A stretch of DNA of 64,000 nt from assembly GCA_030295235.1 (NCBI GenBank), contig AP026124.1, forward strand, positions 62,001-126,000, in the 5' to 3' direction. The stretch comes from Fistulifera solaris (taxonomy: Eukaryota). The notes under the pieces were generated by a model, which searched no databases, was not told the origin of the DNA, and saw only the letters and a program-made list of their open reading frames with translations. The position numbers were made by a program, and so were the translations under genes. Positions 24,863 through 36,806 of this stretch are shown in pieces. Within the stretch, counting starts at the first letter, position 1. Every line of letters begins with the position of its first letter.

Positions 24863-25489
24863 TTCGATGATTCAAGGATAAGAAGGATGAATGAATGTGT
24901 GTGAACTGGGAGGTGCAGTAATGAATGCATGGATGGGTTAAAGATAACAAACAATGCAGAGGAAGAAAACTAGAAAAAAGAAAAAAAACGAGAAAAAAAA
25001 GATACGGTGGGTCATGCGCGGTGGTGTCAAAAACATAGCAGATCACGGACGTCATAATCACGACTGACTCAGAACCGACATCCAATCGTGACAGAAATGA
25101 AATTGGTATCAAGGTCGACCTTTACCACTACCCACTACCTTCAACTTCAATGCGACATATTCCCCAACATATCCTCATTGAGACCACTTACTTGTACTTG
25201 TACTTGTACAAGAATCGACATGATTTGGAACACCAAACATGAAAATGACAGCAGATGCAATGATGCGAATGTCTACTTTGTACTCGTACTTGTACGCGCA
25301 CTTCACGGAAACTGATCGGAGGAGGAGAACCCGGATATACTTGTGAATGGTAGGCAGCGCAACGAGAGCTCTCATCGCATTTCATTTTGATCCAGTACAA
25401 GTATCTTTTCCTTCTATTGATTCATTTTCTTTTATTTCTTTCCATTTATCATTCAAATAGTTACATAGAATCACACAAAGTATTTTGCA

Positions 25490-26956
25490 ATGGCGTTCAA
25501 TTTCGGAGGAGGAGCATCGTCGTCGTCGTCGTCATCATCAGCCGATGGTAACAAAGCGCCAGCATTTTCTTTTGGCGGCAACAGTACAGCAGCCGCTCCC
25601 TCTTTTAGCTTTGGTGGTGCTCCAGCCCCTCCACAACCAATACTAGTAGTAGTACGAGCGGTAGTACGGGAGGATTTTCGTTTGGAGGAACACCGGCGGC
25701 GGCGGCGGCGGCTACAGGAAATGCTTTTTTCGTTTGGGGGTACAGCGAGCAGTAGCGCTGCTGCGCCGGCACCATCCGCTGCACCTTCCTTTGGTTCGTT
25801 TGGTGCGACAGCAAGCGACAGCAAATCAACAGCACCATCTTTCGGAGGATTCGGAGCAGCTGGTGACGAAAAGGCCACAGCGGCACCCTCGACGACCGCG
25901 CCGTCGTTTGGGTCGTTCGGAGCATCGACGAATGCCGCCCCCGGTGCCTTTGCGTTTGGCTCCAATGCCCCTTCAGAAAAGGCTGCTCCTGCTACTAATG
26001 ACGCTCCGCAAGCACCTCCCGCATTTGGGGCTGCTCCAGCTACCGGAACTGCATTTAGCTTTGGTGGTAGTGGAGATGCAGCAGCAGCAGCAGCTCCGTT
26101 GAGTGAACGGAACGAGTCGGTATCCTTTGGAGCAAGTGCAGAGACCTCTGCGACGGAGAAAGCGGCACCTGGTACCTTTAGTTTCGGAGGCAGCGACAGT
26201 GGAGCACCCTCGCAAAGCAATAAACGTGCTTCCTTTGGAAATGACGAAGACTCAGTCCCAGTGGGTGTTTCGACACCGGCTTCGAAATCAACTACTACCT
26301 TCCCAGCGGCATCTACTCCCACTGCACCTCCTCCCGTGTCGACGCCCGCCAAGGTGGACGCGACGCCTCGCAAAACAGCCACAGAACCACCGCGTCTTGA
26401 TTATCAAACATTGACGGTCGAACAAATCATCAACAAGTTTCAGAAAGAATTGGAACAGGACGCCATTGCCTTTCTCGAAGAAGCCCGCCGTGTCGCCGAG
26501 TATGATGCCATTTTGCGGGATTCACAGCGAAATATTGTCAAATTGACGCAATTGGCGCATCACACACTGATTGGACAACAGGAATTGGAGCAAATGCTCA
26601 ACGGTATCGACGCTTTTCAGCGGGAGCTCGAGACGACGCTCAATACGGTAGAACAACATGTGGAAGATTTGTTTCAAGCGCAGTCTCATCATTTACCGGC
26701 CGATGCGGACATGGAACGAGAGAAGGCGTATGCCACAGCGAGTGCGGTTGAACAGCGACTTCAAGAATTGTCCGAGTCGCTCCAAACTGTGTTGGGAGAA
26801 ATGGATGCGACACAGCAACGAGTACTGACCGGAGACACGGGAAAGATTGTCCAGATTTTGAGTCAGCACGAAAAGAGTTTGGCTGATTTGGAAACAGCTG
26901 CACGGCGTATGGAATTAGATGTGGGACATGTCAGTAAGCTATTGGAACGTCGCTAA
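25490..26956 (+). CDS. NUP62: FG-repeat nucleoporin Nup62/Nsp1 (probably two compensating indels in 25630-25730)
   Basis: Many FSFG/FGSFG repeats followed by an Nsp1_C-like coiled coil (TVEQIINKFQKELEQ...EREKAY). Confidence 0.88.
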   Translation: MAFNFGGGASSSSSSSSADGNKAPAFSFGGNSTAAAPSFSFGGAPAPPQPILVVVRAVVREDFRLEEHRRRRRRLQEMLFSFGGTASSSAAAPAPSAAPSFGSFGATASDSKSTAPSFGGFGAAGDEKATAAPSTTAPSFGSFGASTNAAPGAFAFGSNAPSEKAAPATNDAPQAPPAFGAAPATGTAFSFGGSGDAAAAAAPLSERNESVSFGASAETSATEKAAPGTFSFGGSDSGAPSQSNKRASFGNDEDSVPVGVSTPASKSTTTFPAASTPTAPPPVSTPAKVDATPRKTATEPPRLDYQTLTVEQIINKFQKELEQDAIAFLEEARRVAEYDAILRDSQRNIVKLTQLAHHTLIGQQELEQMLNGIDAFQRELETTLNTVEQHVEDLFQAQSHHLPADADMEREKAYATASAVEQRLQELSESLQTVLGEMDATQQRVLTGDTGKIVQILSQHEKSLADLETAARRMELDVGHVSKLLERR

Positions 26957-27304
26957 ATAACGGGTTGAGATCATAAACATTGTAAGCCTTAAACCCCTTT
27001 TAAGAAGCTGTATAGCTTTCAAAAGCAAATCAAGTCGTCGAAGTATTAAGAACCGATGATTCGGTGTAATCAATGGATCCGTATTCCTTCATCAAGAATA
27101 ACTATGCACCATTAATCGGTCCATCGGGAACTTATTGGTAACACTTAAGCGGGAAAAGAATCACCATCCACCATTCATGATGAGAGAAATCGATACCAGG
27201 TACTGTAAACACGGTGTTTTGGATCATGAAGAAATTCTGTGCACGGCGGTTTTAGGGGACAGAAATTCCGAGTATTGTCCAGAAATGCTGAAGAGGATGC
27301 TTTT

Positions 27305-27735
27305 AATCATACAGAATTTCTGGGGTAGTTCCAGAAATTCTTGACCAGTTGTGTTTCATTCAAACCAAAAATCTGGGGCGGTCCAGAAATTCTGGACCAG
27401 TTGTTTTTCGTTCATGAAGAAAATCTGGGTTCGTTCATACAGAAAATCTGGGTCGGTCCAGAAATTCTGGACCACTGATATTTTCATTCATAGAGAAAAG
27501 CAGGGTTGGTCCAAAAATTCTGGACCACTGATAACTGATATTTTCATTCATACAGAAAATCTGGGTCGGTCCAGAAATTCTGGACCACTGATATTTTCAT
27601 TCATACAGAAAAGCTGATAATTACGTTCATACAGAAAAGCAGGGTTGGTCCAGAAATTCTGGACCGCTGATATTTTCATTCAAACAGAAAATCTGGGGCA
27701 TTCTAGAAACTTGGATTTTCATACGTTCCAGAAAT
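27305..27735. repeat. Degenerate tandem array of 52-53 bp units, each with the 19-bp palindrome GGTCCAGAA-A-TTCTGGACC
   Basis: Core copies at 27328, 27380, 27455, 27508, 27568, 27647 and a degenerate copy near 27700. Confidence 0.9.
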
Positions 27736-27797
27736 AGCCGAAAAGCTGTGCAATGATGATTGTTTCGCAGTAAATTCATTTCACCACATTTGCTCTC

Positions 27798-27844
27798 ATG
27801 AGTTCATCTCCTTATTCTGCTTATGAGTTCATCTCCTTATTCTG
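27798..27844. repeat. Tandem duplication of ATGAGTTCATCTCCTTATTCTG (period 25)
   Basis: Direct reading of the sequence. Confidence 0.85.
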
Positions 27845-27961
27845 TGGTTCTGTTCTTGCTCACAGACAGGTCCGAAAGAATCAGGAGGGCATGTTTAATA
27901 GGCAATACGAAGCAGATGATTGACCACTCGATTGGAAACGTACCGCGCCGGTCCATTTACC

Positions 27962-28883
27962 ATGACTCTCATTTGTTCGTTCATCTTTCTATTCTTTTTG
28001 CTACCTGTGAATTGTAGTCAATTGGCTCTTGAATATGTTAAAGTCTTCTCGGGGAATGCTTTCACCAATGTGACGATCTACAAGAATAGAGGAGGAAACA
28101 ATGTGTATGTTCTTCATTTTTCGACGGAACATTTTAGTGTATTATCGTCGAATCGTTTGCAACGTACAACAATGTTGTCGCGACAAAACAATTGCACTTG
28201 GGCCTCGAATGCGGGACCGTATCATGCCGATGGCTCTAGTGTGGGTCTTGTAGTGAGTCACGGAGGAATCCGCCACGAAAGTTACGGTGGTGTAGGATTT
28301 GGTTTGACAAATGACAATACGCACTGGGTGATTGGGACGCCAAACCGATCGGATGTTCCCTATCTGAGCGAGTTTGTGACCGGATTTGATTGGTTAGTGA
28401 GAGATAGTGCGATGGTGAATTCGACCGATACAACCGGAGCCGTTGTAGCGGCTCGAACGGCCATTGGTGTTGACGACGAAGGACGACTTCTTCTCATGGT
28501 TATCGATGGTTGCGAAAAGTGGTACGTACTTTAGAGGAAATTTAAGGTTTTCATCAGAGCTCAGAGGTGGACTGACATTTCGGTACGGTTATCTATTAAG
28601 TTTTAGACGGCGCGGCGTAAACTTGAAGACACTAGCACAAGAAATGATTCAAGTGGGTGCGAGATATGCTGTGAACATGGACGGTGGTGGGTCGACCGTT
28701 TTGGTTCATCGCCACCAAGTGCTGAGTCACCCGACGTGTTTCGATGTTCCGATTCAGTGTGAACGGAAAGTCGCAACAGCCTTTTGTATTGGAGATGCCA
28801 ACCACGAAGAAGCATTGAGCGCTTCATTGTTGTCTACACAACAAGAACAAGTCCGGTTTGAACTTCAAAAAGTAAAAGAGTAA
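27962..28883 (+). CDS. Secreted phosphodiester glycosidase (NAGPA/DUF2233-like); intron 28522-28600
   Basis: Signal peptide; ARTAIGVDDEGRLLLMVIDG, AVNMDGGGST, CERKVAT. Confidence 0.85.
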
Positions 28884-29633
28884 GTCCGGATCTGTTTGGA
28901 CCGACTCCAATACTAATACCCAAAAGTTCCAGCCGAATTGCGGGTTCCCTAAAAAGGAACGCCCCATTCGGTTGGCACGACAAAGCATGGAGATGCGTGT
29001 TTCACCTACGTCCGAATCATTCATTGACAAAGCAATATGCTGTATCGCGAGATTGTGTTGCAAAGCACTCTCCATTTCCGCGAATCCATTCGCAGTGATT
29101 CGATTGTGATCCAAACCGAGTACTCTTAATGATGAATTGCGTGCAAGGCATTGCGCCAGTGCAGCGCAGCCTCGATCCTGAATTCGATTGTACCCCAAAT
29201 GTAGTGATTTTAAAGTGTGGTTGAACTGTAAGCATTCCGCTAACTGTTCGGCACTTTCACACGTGAGACAATTATTGTGCAGATAAAGTTCTTCCAGGTA
29301 TACATTTGATTTCAGAGCTGCAGCAATGCTTGAGACATCACTCATATCATTGTAAGCCAAATAGATAACTTTCAAAGAACGATGATGCGGCAGCACAATA
29401 TCTGCAAAGAGTTGCAAAGCATGGCCGTGATGTTTAAAGGATGTAGTCAAGTTGAGGATGCGAAGAACATTATTCTGTCGCAAAGCCTCGGCTAGATAAG
29501 CCATTTGAAACTCGTCCAGGCTTCGAATATTGAGGTTCAAATTCCATAGCTCAGTATCTTGTTGCAGCAACCGCGTGAATTGTTCTTGCAGCCAGAGTGG
29601 AAGGGCATCGTTTGTGTGAAGATGGTTATTCAT
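28824..29633 (-). CDS. RNI-like leucine-rich repeat protein
   Basis: LEELYLHNNCL, LKSLHLGYNRI, LRVLGLDHNRI repeats. Confidence 0.85.
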   Translation of the reverse strand: MNNHLHTNDALPLWLQEQFTRLLQQDTELWNLNLNIRSLDEFQMAYLAEALRQNNVLRILNLTTSFKHHGHALQLFADIVLPHHRSLKVIYLAYNDMSDVSSIAAALKSNVYLEELYLHNNCLTCESAEQLAECLQFNHTLKSLHLGYNRIQDRGCAALAQCLARNSSLRVLGLDHNRITANGFAEMESALQHNLAIQHIALSMNDSDVGETRISMLCRANRMGRSFLGNPQFGWNFWVLVLESVQTDPDLLFYFLKFKPDLFLLCRQQ

Positions 29634-30342
29634 TCTTTTCGTTCCCTTGAATGCAACTACCGTGCATTTAACTCGATCCTGAAAGACGGTAAATTATTAG
29701 ACGGCTAAAAAAGACTTAAATCGATGGCTCTAGTCGCGAAGTCTATAAATAATGACAAACATCATGAGAAAAATGGACGAAATTTTTTTGTTCTTTTTTC
29801 TTGGCTCGTGGCTCGTGGCTCAAAGCGCTTCTGCTTTTGACGCCGACTGCCTGCATGCCCGACGAACATACTAATGACTGAAATCTAGTCGCGGCAAAAT
29901 TTGAAAAACACGCTGCGGCTCCACCTAGTACTCCGTATATTGAAAGGGGCGCAATTAGGCAAGGCTTATCGACACGAACAATCGATTTGATCTGTGTATA
30001 TAGTAGCATTTATCGTGTTTAAATACTCTTTTCAAACAATGCTTTATCTCATCGTATTATTAGCACTGATTGAACATGGGCTCAGATGGCTGCCCTCAGA
30101 TTAGGACGTCGTTTTCGCCAACTTTTTTTGCATAATAACGTAGTCAACAGAACGTATGCGATAACATTGATTCGCAAGAGGCACGTCATTCTCAGTTGAA
30201 AATAGAGAATTATGTTTACAGTTTATTTGTATCCGATGACTCCTTGACATGAACTTATGCAAACCGGAACTGCTAAATCCGTTAATTCGCAGAAACGATC
30301 TAGTAATATCCGTGCTTTTATGCATTAGCCTTTAGCGATACA

Positions 30343-31954
30343 TCAGCGCGGCCGTGAAGACTCCAAACTATCATCACCATCATCAACGATTCCCAATTCC
30401 CGAACGACATAGCGCCGCGCTTCTTCGACCAACGCATGAATGTTTTCCCGGCTCAATTCTCCGTCCAATGCATCTTTTTTGTAGGGCTTCAAAAACTTCT
30501 TGAAGGCATCGTGGGCACTATTGGCTTGGTGAGAGCTCGAATACACGCCGACATAGCGACTGGCGCCAGCGAAGTAGACTTGTGCTTGCTGAAAAATAGA
30601 ATGCGAGTGAATTGAGGAAGAAGACAATTGATGTAAGAGACGAACTCGGGATACGTAGCTGCCCCGCGTTTATGCTAGACTATTCCTGTTTAGTACTCAC
30701 CCACTTCCCCGACGGTCGTCGCGTAACGCCTTTGGGTAGGTTCCCGGGGTAACTCTCGATCGACTGCGGTGTATCTGGAACTTGCTGATGGCTACTTTTC
30801 TTAATTCGATTGGGTGAAGCCTTTGATTTCTTGGATTCGCGTCGTGGCGAAGAGGTGCTCGTAGAACGGTTCGTGATTGGTCTCTTTCGAGAGCTGGCTA
30901 CAGCATGCTTGTCCTGGTGCTCGTTCTCGTTCTCATCGTGAAACAGTGCGTGTTGATGAACCTGCTGTGCTTGAGAGGTAGATGTAGCAGTAGAAGGAAC
31001 AATGGAAGACTTTGTTGTTGCACTTGTTGCATGCGCCGGCTTCAATCTTCGTACTTTCGAAGGTTTTTCCGGAAACGCCATCGAAAACAAGGGATTTGAA
31101 TACAATTCCATAAGATCGATGGGAGTTTTGATCATGGGTTTTGGGAGTTCAATGGTCGATTGTTTCCAATTTGAATATCAGTTTTTGTTTCGAAACGGGT
31201 TTGGTGTTCGTGACAGGTTGCAATGTGGTGGTTGTTTTCCGCGAAAGTGGCGGGACGGAAATGGCGATTGGAGCTTCGCTACGTAATGGTGTCTCCGTCT
31301 TCTCGGCTTTCTTCTTCTTCTTCTTTTCTCCTGCTTCGAAAATCTTATCTTCGCAGTTCTTTCCTGAAACACCTTCTTTTGCTGTTTCTACTACTTGTTT
31401 GACAGCTTCTTGTGCACCGTGTGTCTCTGATTCCTCCGCTGGCTTGTTTTGGTTCGATATCTCAATTTCCAACAATGATTGGCTAATTTCTTTGGTTCGT
31501 ATTCCCGTCACCAATTCCAATATAATTTTATACAATTCATCCGTTGCTTGTTTTTGTGGAACTAAATAATACGGCAAGGCCGCTGTTTCAATGCTGGAAG
31601 CCGCAGTATTCTTCAAACGATCCAATTGCGGCAACGTGAATACCCGAACGTGGGCCAGTTGTTGCAACACTTGTGCCACCACCTGTTGCGGTGAAGTTCC
31701 CAAATGAAAGGAAGTCATAACAATTTGTTTGAGTTGTTGATTTCCCGCCCAAATGGCGTGTCGGTCGCTATGAAATGGCAATAATATATCGTGATGTTGA
31801 ATGCCTGGATCAAAGCGAGTGCGATGATCTAAGTGTATGGGCGCACCGGGACGATACAGTCCTTGTTGAATGACATTCATGAGAAGAGCCGGATGTAAAA
31901 TACCGGGATTAGGAGGAGGTGGAGGAAGAATCAAATCAACGGCGGGAAGAAACG

Positions 31955-31985
<31 letters not shown>

Positions 31986-32096
31986 GGGTAAAACGAAGTT
32001 CGTGTTCGCTAGACGCTGATTGTTAGTACTGCTGTGCGTGCTTTCTTGTACCTTCAATGCATCTATTGCACACTTTTGTATAGTATCTTCGCTCAT
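30343..32096 (-). CDS. AP2-domain transcription factor; intron 30589-30700; probable frameshift near 31163 joins the upstream ORF
   Basis: Spliced GVTRRPSGKW|QAQVYFAGASRYVGVYSS matches the AP2/ERF beta-sheet; the 5' junction is inferred. Confidence 0.72.
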
Positions 32097-32464
32097 TGTA
32101 TTCGCTATTGTTAAATGTTGCGAGCGATGAATTTAATATTACAACAACAGTGATGAAGTGTCGTCGCCCTCCTTTCGTCATGCTCGACGGTGTGAGAAGG
32201 AAAGGAGAAATCCTTTCACGCTCTTTCACTGTCGTCTCACATGTGGGTGACGTCTATTCTGTAGCCCCAGGCGTATTATGAGTAAGGGTATTTCCAGTAA
32301 GCTTGTCGCTCCCCCCGCCCAGCTCGCAATAAAAACGCAGCAAGCGGTGCAACAACAAAAAACAAAACATCTGTCGTCATTTGCCTCTATAGTTCCTGTT
32401 TATTATCCATCCTTACCATTTTTCTGTCACTTCTTTCTGTTTTGCAATCACGAACAAAGACATC

Positions 32465-33834
32465 ATGACGACGAAACAGCGTGTCAGCTATTTCTATCAT
32501 CCTACTTGTGTACGTTCAGTTGCATAAAGATCGTTCGAAACGAGAAATGAGCGTCCTCTTATTGAAACTGCGTCCTCGAATTGTTTTTCTTCCCTTTTAC
32601 TCACTCACAATCCACACGCACTCTTCGTTTGCAGCCACTGTTCTATTACGGCCCGTCGCATCCGATGAAACCGCATCGCATGAAATTAGCGCATCACTTA
32701 ATTCTCACTTACGGATTATACAAGGACATGGAATGTTACCGCCCGCATCCCGCCAGTGCCGGAGAAATGACACAATTTCATTCCGAGGAATACATTTCAT
32801 TCTTGTCGAAAGTATCTCCCGACAATTTACGACAATTCACGACCAGTATGCAGAAATTCAATGCCGGAGATACGACCGATTGCCCCGTTTTTGATGGGTT
32901 GTATGAATTCACGCAATTGTATACGGGCGCATCGCTCGATGGGGCCGTGCAATTGTGTCAGAATCAGACGGATATTGCCATTAACTGGTCTGGGGGACTG
33001 CATCATGCTAAAAAAGCGGAAGCCAGTGGCTTTTGTTACGTCAATGATATTGTCTTGGCCATTCTCGAATTGCTCAAAGTACATGCGCGTGTCTTGTACA
33101 TTGACATTGATGTTCATCATGGAGATGGGGTAGAAGAAGCATTCTATACCACCGATCGTGTCATGACTTTGTCGTTGCACAAATATGGTGATTTCTTCCC
33201 CGGGACGGGACACATTACTGATGTTGGGGCCAAGAAAGGTACAGGGTACAGTGTCAATGCACCCCTCAACAATGGTATTACCGATGATGCCTATTTCGAA
33301 GAGTTGTTCAAACCTATCATGGACAAAATTATGGATGTCTTTCGTCCTGGGGCTATTGTGTTGCAATGTGGAGCCGATTCTCTCGCACAAGATCGGTTGG
33401 GTTGTTTCAATTTGACCATCAAGGGTCACGCGGCCTGTGTCGCCTACGTCAAGTCGTTGGGTGTGCCACTTCTGGTTTTGGGAGGCGGGGGATACACGAT
33501 TCGCAATGTGGCCCGTTGTTGGGCCTACGAAACGGCTGTTTTGGTGAACAAGCCGGATGTTCCGAATGCCATTCCATACAATGATTACTACGAGTATTAT
33601 GCACCCGATTACGAGTTGCATTTAGGACAAGACCCGACGATAGAGAACCTGAATACACCGAAAATGTTAGAGAGCATTCGCGTGGATATTTTACAACAGT
33701 TGTCGGATTTGGAAGGGGCACCGAGTGTGGGGATGCAAGAAGTGCCGCCGTTGTTTCAACGAAGCGAATCATTGGATTCCGTGAAACGAGACCGTAAACC
33801 GCACGCGGCTGAGTTGTATGATTCGGTCGATTAA
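32465..33834 (+). CDS. HDAC3: Class I histone deacetylase, HDAC3/HDA9-like; intron 32510-32634
   Basis: [46 protein letters not shown] and the short C-terminal tail favour HDAC3/HDA9 over HDAC1/2 (subfamily tentative). Confidence 0.88.
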
Positions 33835-33959
33835 AAAAGAAGATAGGAAAATAGAAAATCATATTGACTAAACTGAGAATTTATCGTAGATCGTAGACTA
33901 CTAATGTCTTATCCCTAGAGTACCAATTGTGTAGTAAGGAATATGGATTGAAAGGATTT

Positions 33960-34778
33960 CTATTTTACTCGATAATTCGTTTCGCCGTTCGAACGAATGG
34001 CAGCGTTGTAAATCGATTGCCATTCGGCAAATGATCGACTATTCAAGATTATGGCATTGTTTCGTCCTATTTGTTGCGTCGCAACTGGCCCAGCTCTGTT
34101 CAATCGTTTGTGCCGAAACGATGGAAATGGAAGGATACGGGCTTCGTTTTTCAAACGCCAAGACGGGCTCGTCTTCCGCAAACATCCATTCGGGATGAAA
34201 CGGCGCCAGTGTAATATGATGTCGTAGTATAGGATTGTCATGATCGAAAAAGTCATCTTCCAAGTCGAGGAAGCGATTGTAGAAGTCGTCAAAAGGGAGA
34301 TTATTGCTGCCATTCATGTCGTTGAGCAGAATCACAAACGATATCGCTGTTTGTGGATCTTTCTGGGCTTGATGAAATTCGAGAGCTGCTAATTCAGTTG
34401 CTGCTTCCATATCATCGACCGACGTATCTGGGAGAACATAAAAGTGAATTGCGTGTTTCGTGTCGGTCGATAGCTTGGCCCAAGGACACAAATTGTGTTT
34501 TACCACAAAGTGACGACACCAATTCCATGTTTCTTGCACTTGTTGTGATAATGATAAGTGTGTTGCTGTTTCAATTATTGAGTTATCGAGTTCCCAATGA
34601 TTGTCCTTCCATAAGGAAACATCAAAGATCGGCGGATTGTTGGCAACAAAAGATCATCCTTGAATGTAGCGGTTCGAGTGATGCGTGTTCCTCGCCCTTG
34701 TTGAATGGGTATTATCATCCAGCTACGTGTCGCTTCAACGAATGTTGCTAATAGCAGAAAAATCAAAAACAGTCTCAT
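33960..34778 (-). CDS. DUF1415-family protein with an N-terminal signal/transit-like peptide; two apparent frameshifts (near 34580 and 34095)
   Basis: WCRHFVVKHNLCPWA, APFHP, RSPYPSISI, TQQIGRNN. Confidence 0.7.
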
Positions 34779-35322
34779 CTTGCGGGCTTGTTAGTTACTA
34801 CCAGTATGCAAGAAAGGAAACAACAACACTCGCGTTACCTGGTAGGGTAAAGAATACTAAAGAACCCCTACCAGTAGAGTTTGACAAGAAGGTGCAAAAT
34901 GAAATTATTTACTATAGGCCAAAATGTTGACAACCTTTTGGCGTGACTTGATGTCAGTCATGAGACACAACGAAGAATGAATCATCCTCCCATCTTGGTC
35001 GTTTGGTACCTATGACCTAGCCTGTGATACTCGCTATTTCGTTTACAGTGAACTGCTCATAATGCTCGACATTTTCAATATTCTGATCATTACTTTGCGT
35101 CGATATTCCTGTCGACGTTTTTCGTTCTCGCGACTCAGAGCTGCGATCCAATCCTATTGAGGAAGCGAAATAGTATAATGTAGTTTTCTCAATTGCACGA
35201 AGGATCATCCAGGAAACTAGAAGCCGAACGAGTGTGACTGCTTAAACTATATTTATTACTTAAATGGACTCTCGAGGTCCCTGTGCTCATAGTTCATAGA
35301 GGATTGTAGTCAACCATAGGCA

Positions 35323-36393
35323 CTAGATATTAATGCGAAATGAGTTGACAATGGCTTCTGCCGTTTCTCTTTCTATTCCTCCTGCTTCAAACTTGACCGC
35401 ATTCGTCGAAGTCATCATCATGTACACATCTCCCGTGGGCGTGACTTCGTAGGCATCCACCAAAGCTCGACGCTCTACCCGCAATCCATTTCCGGTGACA
35501 GTATAGTATTTGATTTGAAAGCGCCGCCGTGTAGCGCACATGTCATTTGGACACTCCGTCAATACCTTGCTTGACGTGACTTTGTATTCATCCACTTCAA
35601 CGCCTTGGCTTTTCACAATGACACCTTGAGGATCAAAGAGACTACTACCCATGAACTTCTTGTTGATCGTCGCCAATCGTTCTCCGTCGGGCAGTTTTGT
35701 GCGCAGTACATACAGACGATCTCCATTGCGCTGATCGACGTATGTAATACCACCTAGAAACTTGTCCAATTGCAACCAATCCGACGGAAATTCAAAGGAG
35801 ATGGACAGGGATCGCTGTTGTTGATTGCTCGGTGCAACTACTTGATCGTCGCAGTGAAATAAATTTCCCAGAGGACCAGTTCGCGTCAAACGCGGTGTCA
35901 AGCCGGGTGCCGCACGGTACGCCCAGGAAGCAATAGTTCCTTGTTCCTCGACAGCCGGAGAAGGACGGTTATTGCCGGGCACAAACGATGGTTGTGAACT
36001 GGCGGTCGATGAGGTGATTTCTTTGAGTTGATTGGCTCGTGACGCAGCCGAACCATCGTAAGCTTTCAGTTGCTCTTTCAATGTAGGATTTCCGCCTCCG
36101 CCGTCGGTTCGCAGTCCAGAGACGTCAATGCCGGCAGAAGCCGATTGTGCGGTTGTGATGGGAATGAGTAGAAATGCTGCCGAAACAAAGTTGCGACGAC
36201 TGCACAAGTCGGTCTCTTTTCTGTATTTAGATATCAAAAGAAGCTCTCGTTTGTTGTGTAGTGCATGATGTTGGAAGCATAAGGACGATTGTGAGAATTC
36301 ACTGGATGGATGTGAAAAACCGTGTGCCGACGGCGTGATGATCAGTAGGGTGAACCCAGCAAGGCGCGCCAGATTAAGCAATTCGGAAAGCAT
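35323..36393 (-). CDS. PsbP-domain-like thylakoid lumen protein
   Basis: Signal peptide ending AHG-F, Tat-like SRRNF + hydrophobic stretch + ASA; FEFPSDW, AIVNSFRI. Confidence 0.7.
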   Translation of the reverse strand: MLSELLNLARLAGFTLLIITPSAHGFSHPSSEFSQSSLCFQHHALHNKRELLLISKYRKETDLCSRRNFVSAAFLLIPITTAQSASAGIDVSGLRTDGGGGNPTLKEQLKAYDGSAASRANQLKEITSSTASSQPSFVPGNNRPSPAVEEQGTIASWAYRAAPGLTPRLTRTGPLGNLFHCDDQVVAPSNQQQRSLSISFEFPSDWLQLDKFLGGITYVDQRNGDRLYVLRTKLPDGERLATINKKFMGSSLFDPQGVIVKSQGVEVDEYKVTSSKVLTECPNDMCATRRRFQIKYYTVTGNGLRVERRALVDAYEVTPTGDVYMMMTSTNAVKFEAGGIERETAEAIVNSFRINI

Positions 36394-36806
36394 TTGGAAG
36401 AAAGTAAAAATAGTAAAACTATTATCTTGTTATTCCTTGGTATTGTAATGATGATGATTGACGTTTGTTATGGTTACCAGGTACAGTGAGAGAAAAAAGA
36501 GGCAGACCGTTTGTTCGACTGGAGATACGACGAAACGTTTTTTCTCCATCATACATCATACTCACCACATGGGATTCTCCGGATTCCCTCAGTCCCGGTT
36601 CCCGGTTACGTCTGATAGGCGTCCGTACAGAGCGCTACCGCATACCGCGGCGGCCAAAAAGAGGCACCGCACCGCGTTTTGTTTTTTATTATTGCACTGC
36701 AATAAGAATATCGTCTTCATGTTATAAAGAAACAGGACAATTAAGCGTTTGCAACTAATATTTATTTGTCCTGAGTCTTATTTTTGTTCAAATAACAAGA
36801 GAAATA

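Noticed and set aside
25471..26382. 303-aa minus-strand ORF
   Set aside because: Antisense shadow of the low-complexity NUP62 FG region; most other nested ORFs in the track are similar shadows.
27305..27735. CRISPR array (palindromic repeats with spacers)
   Set aside because: The spacers are homologous to each other, spacing is irregular, there are no cas genes and the context is eukaryotic.
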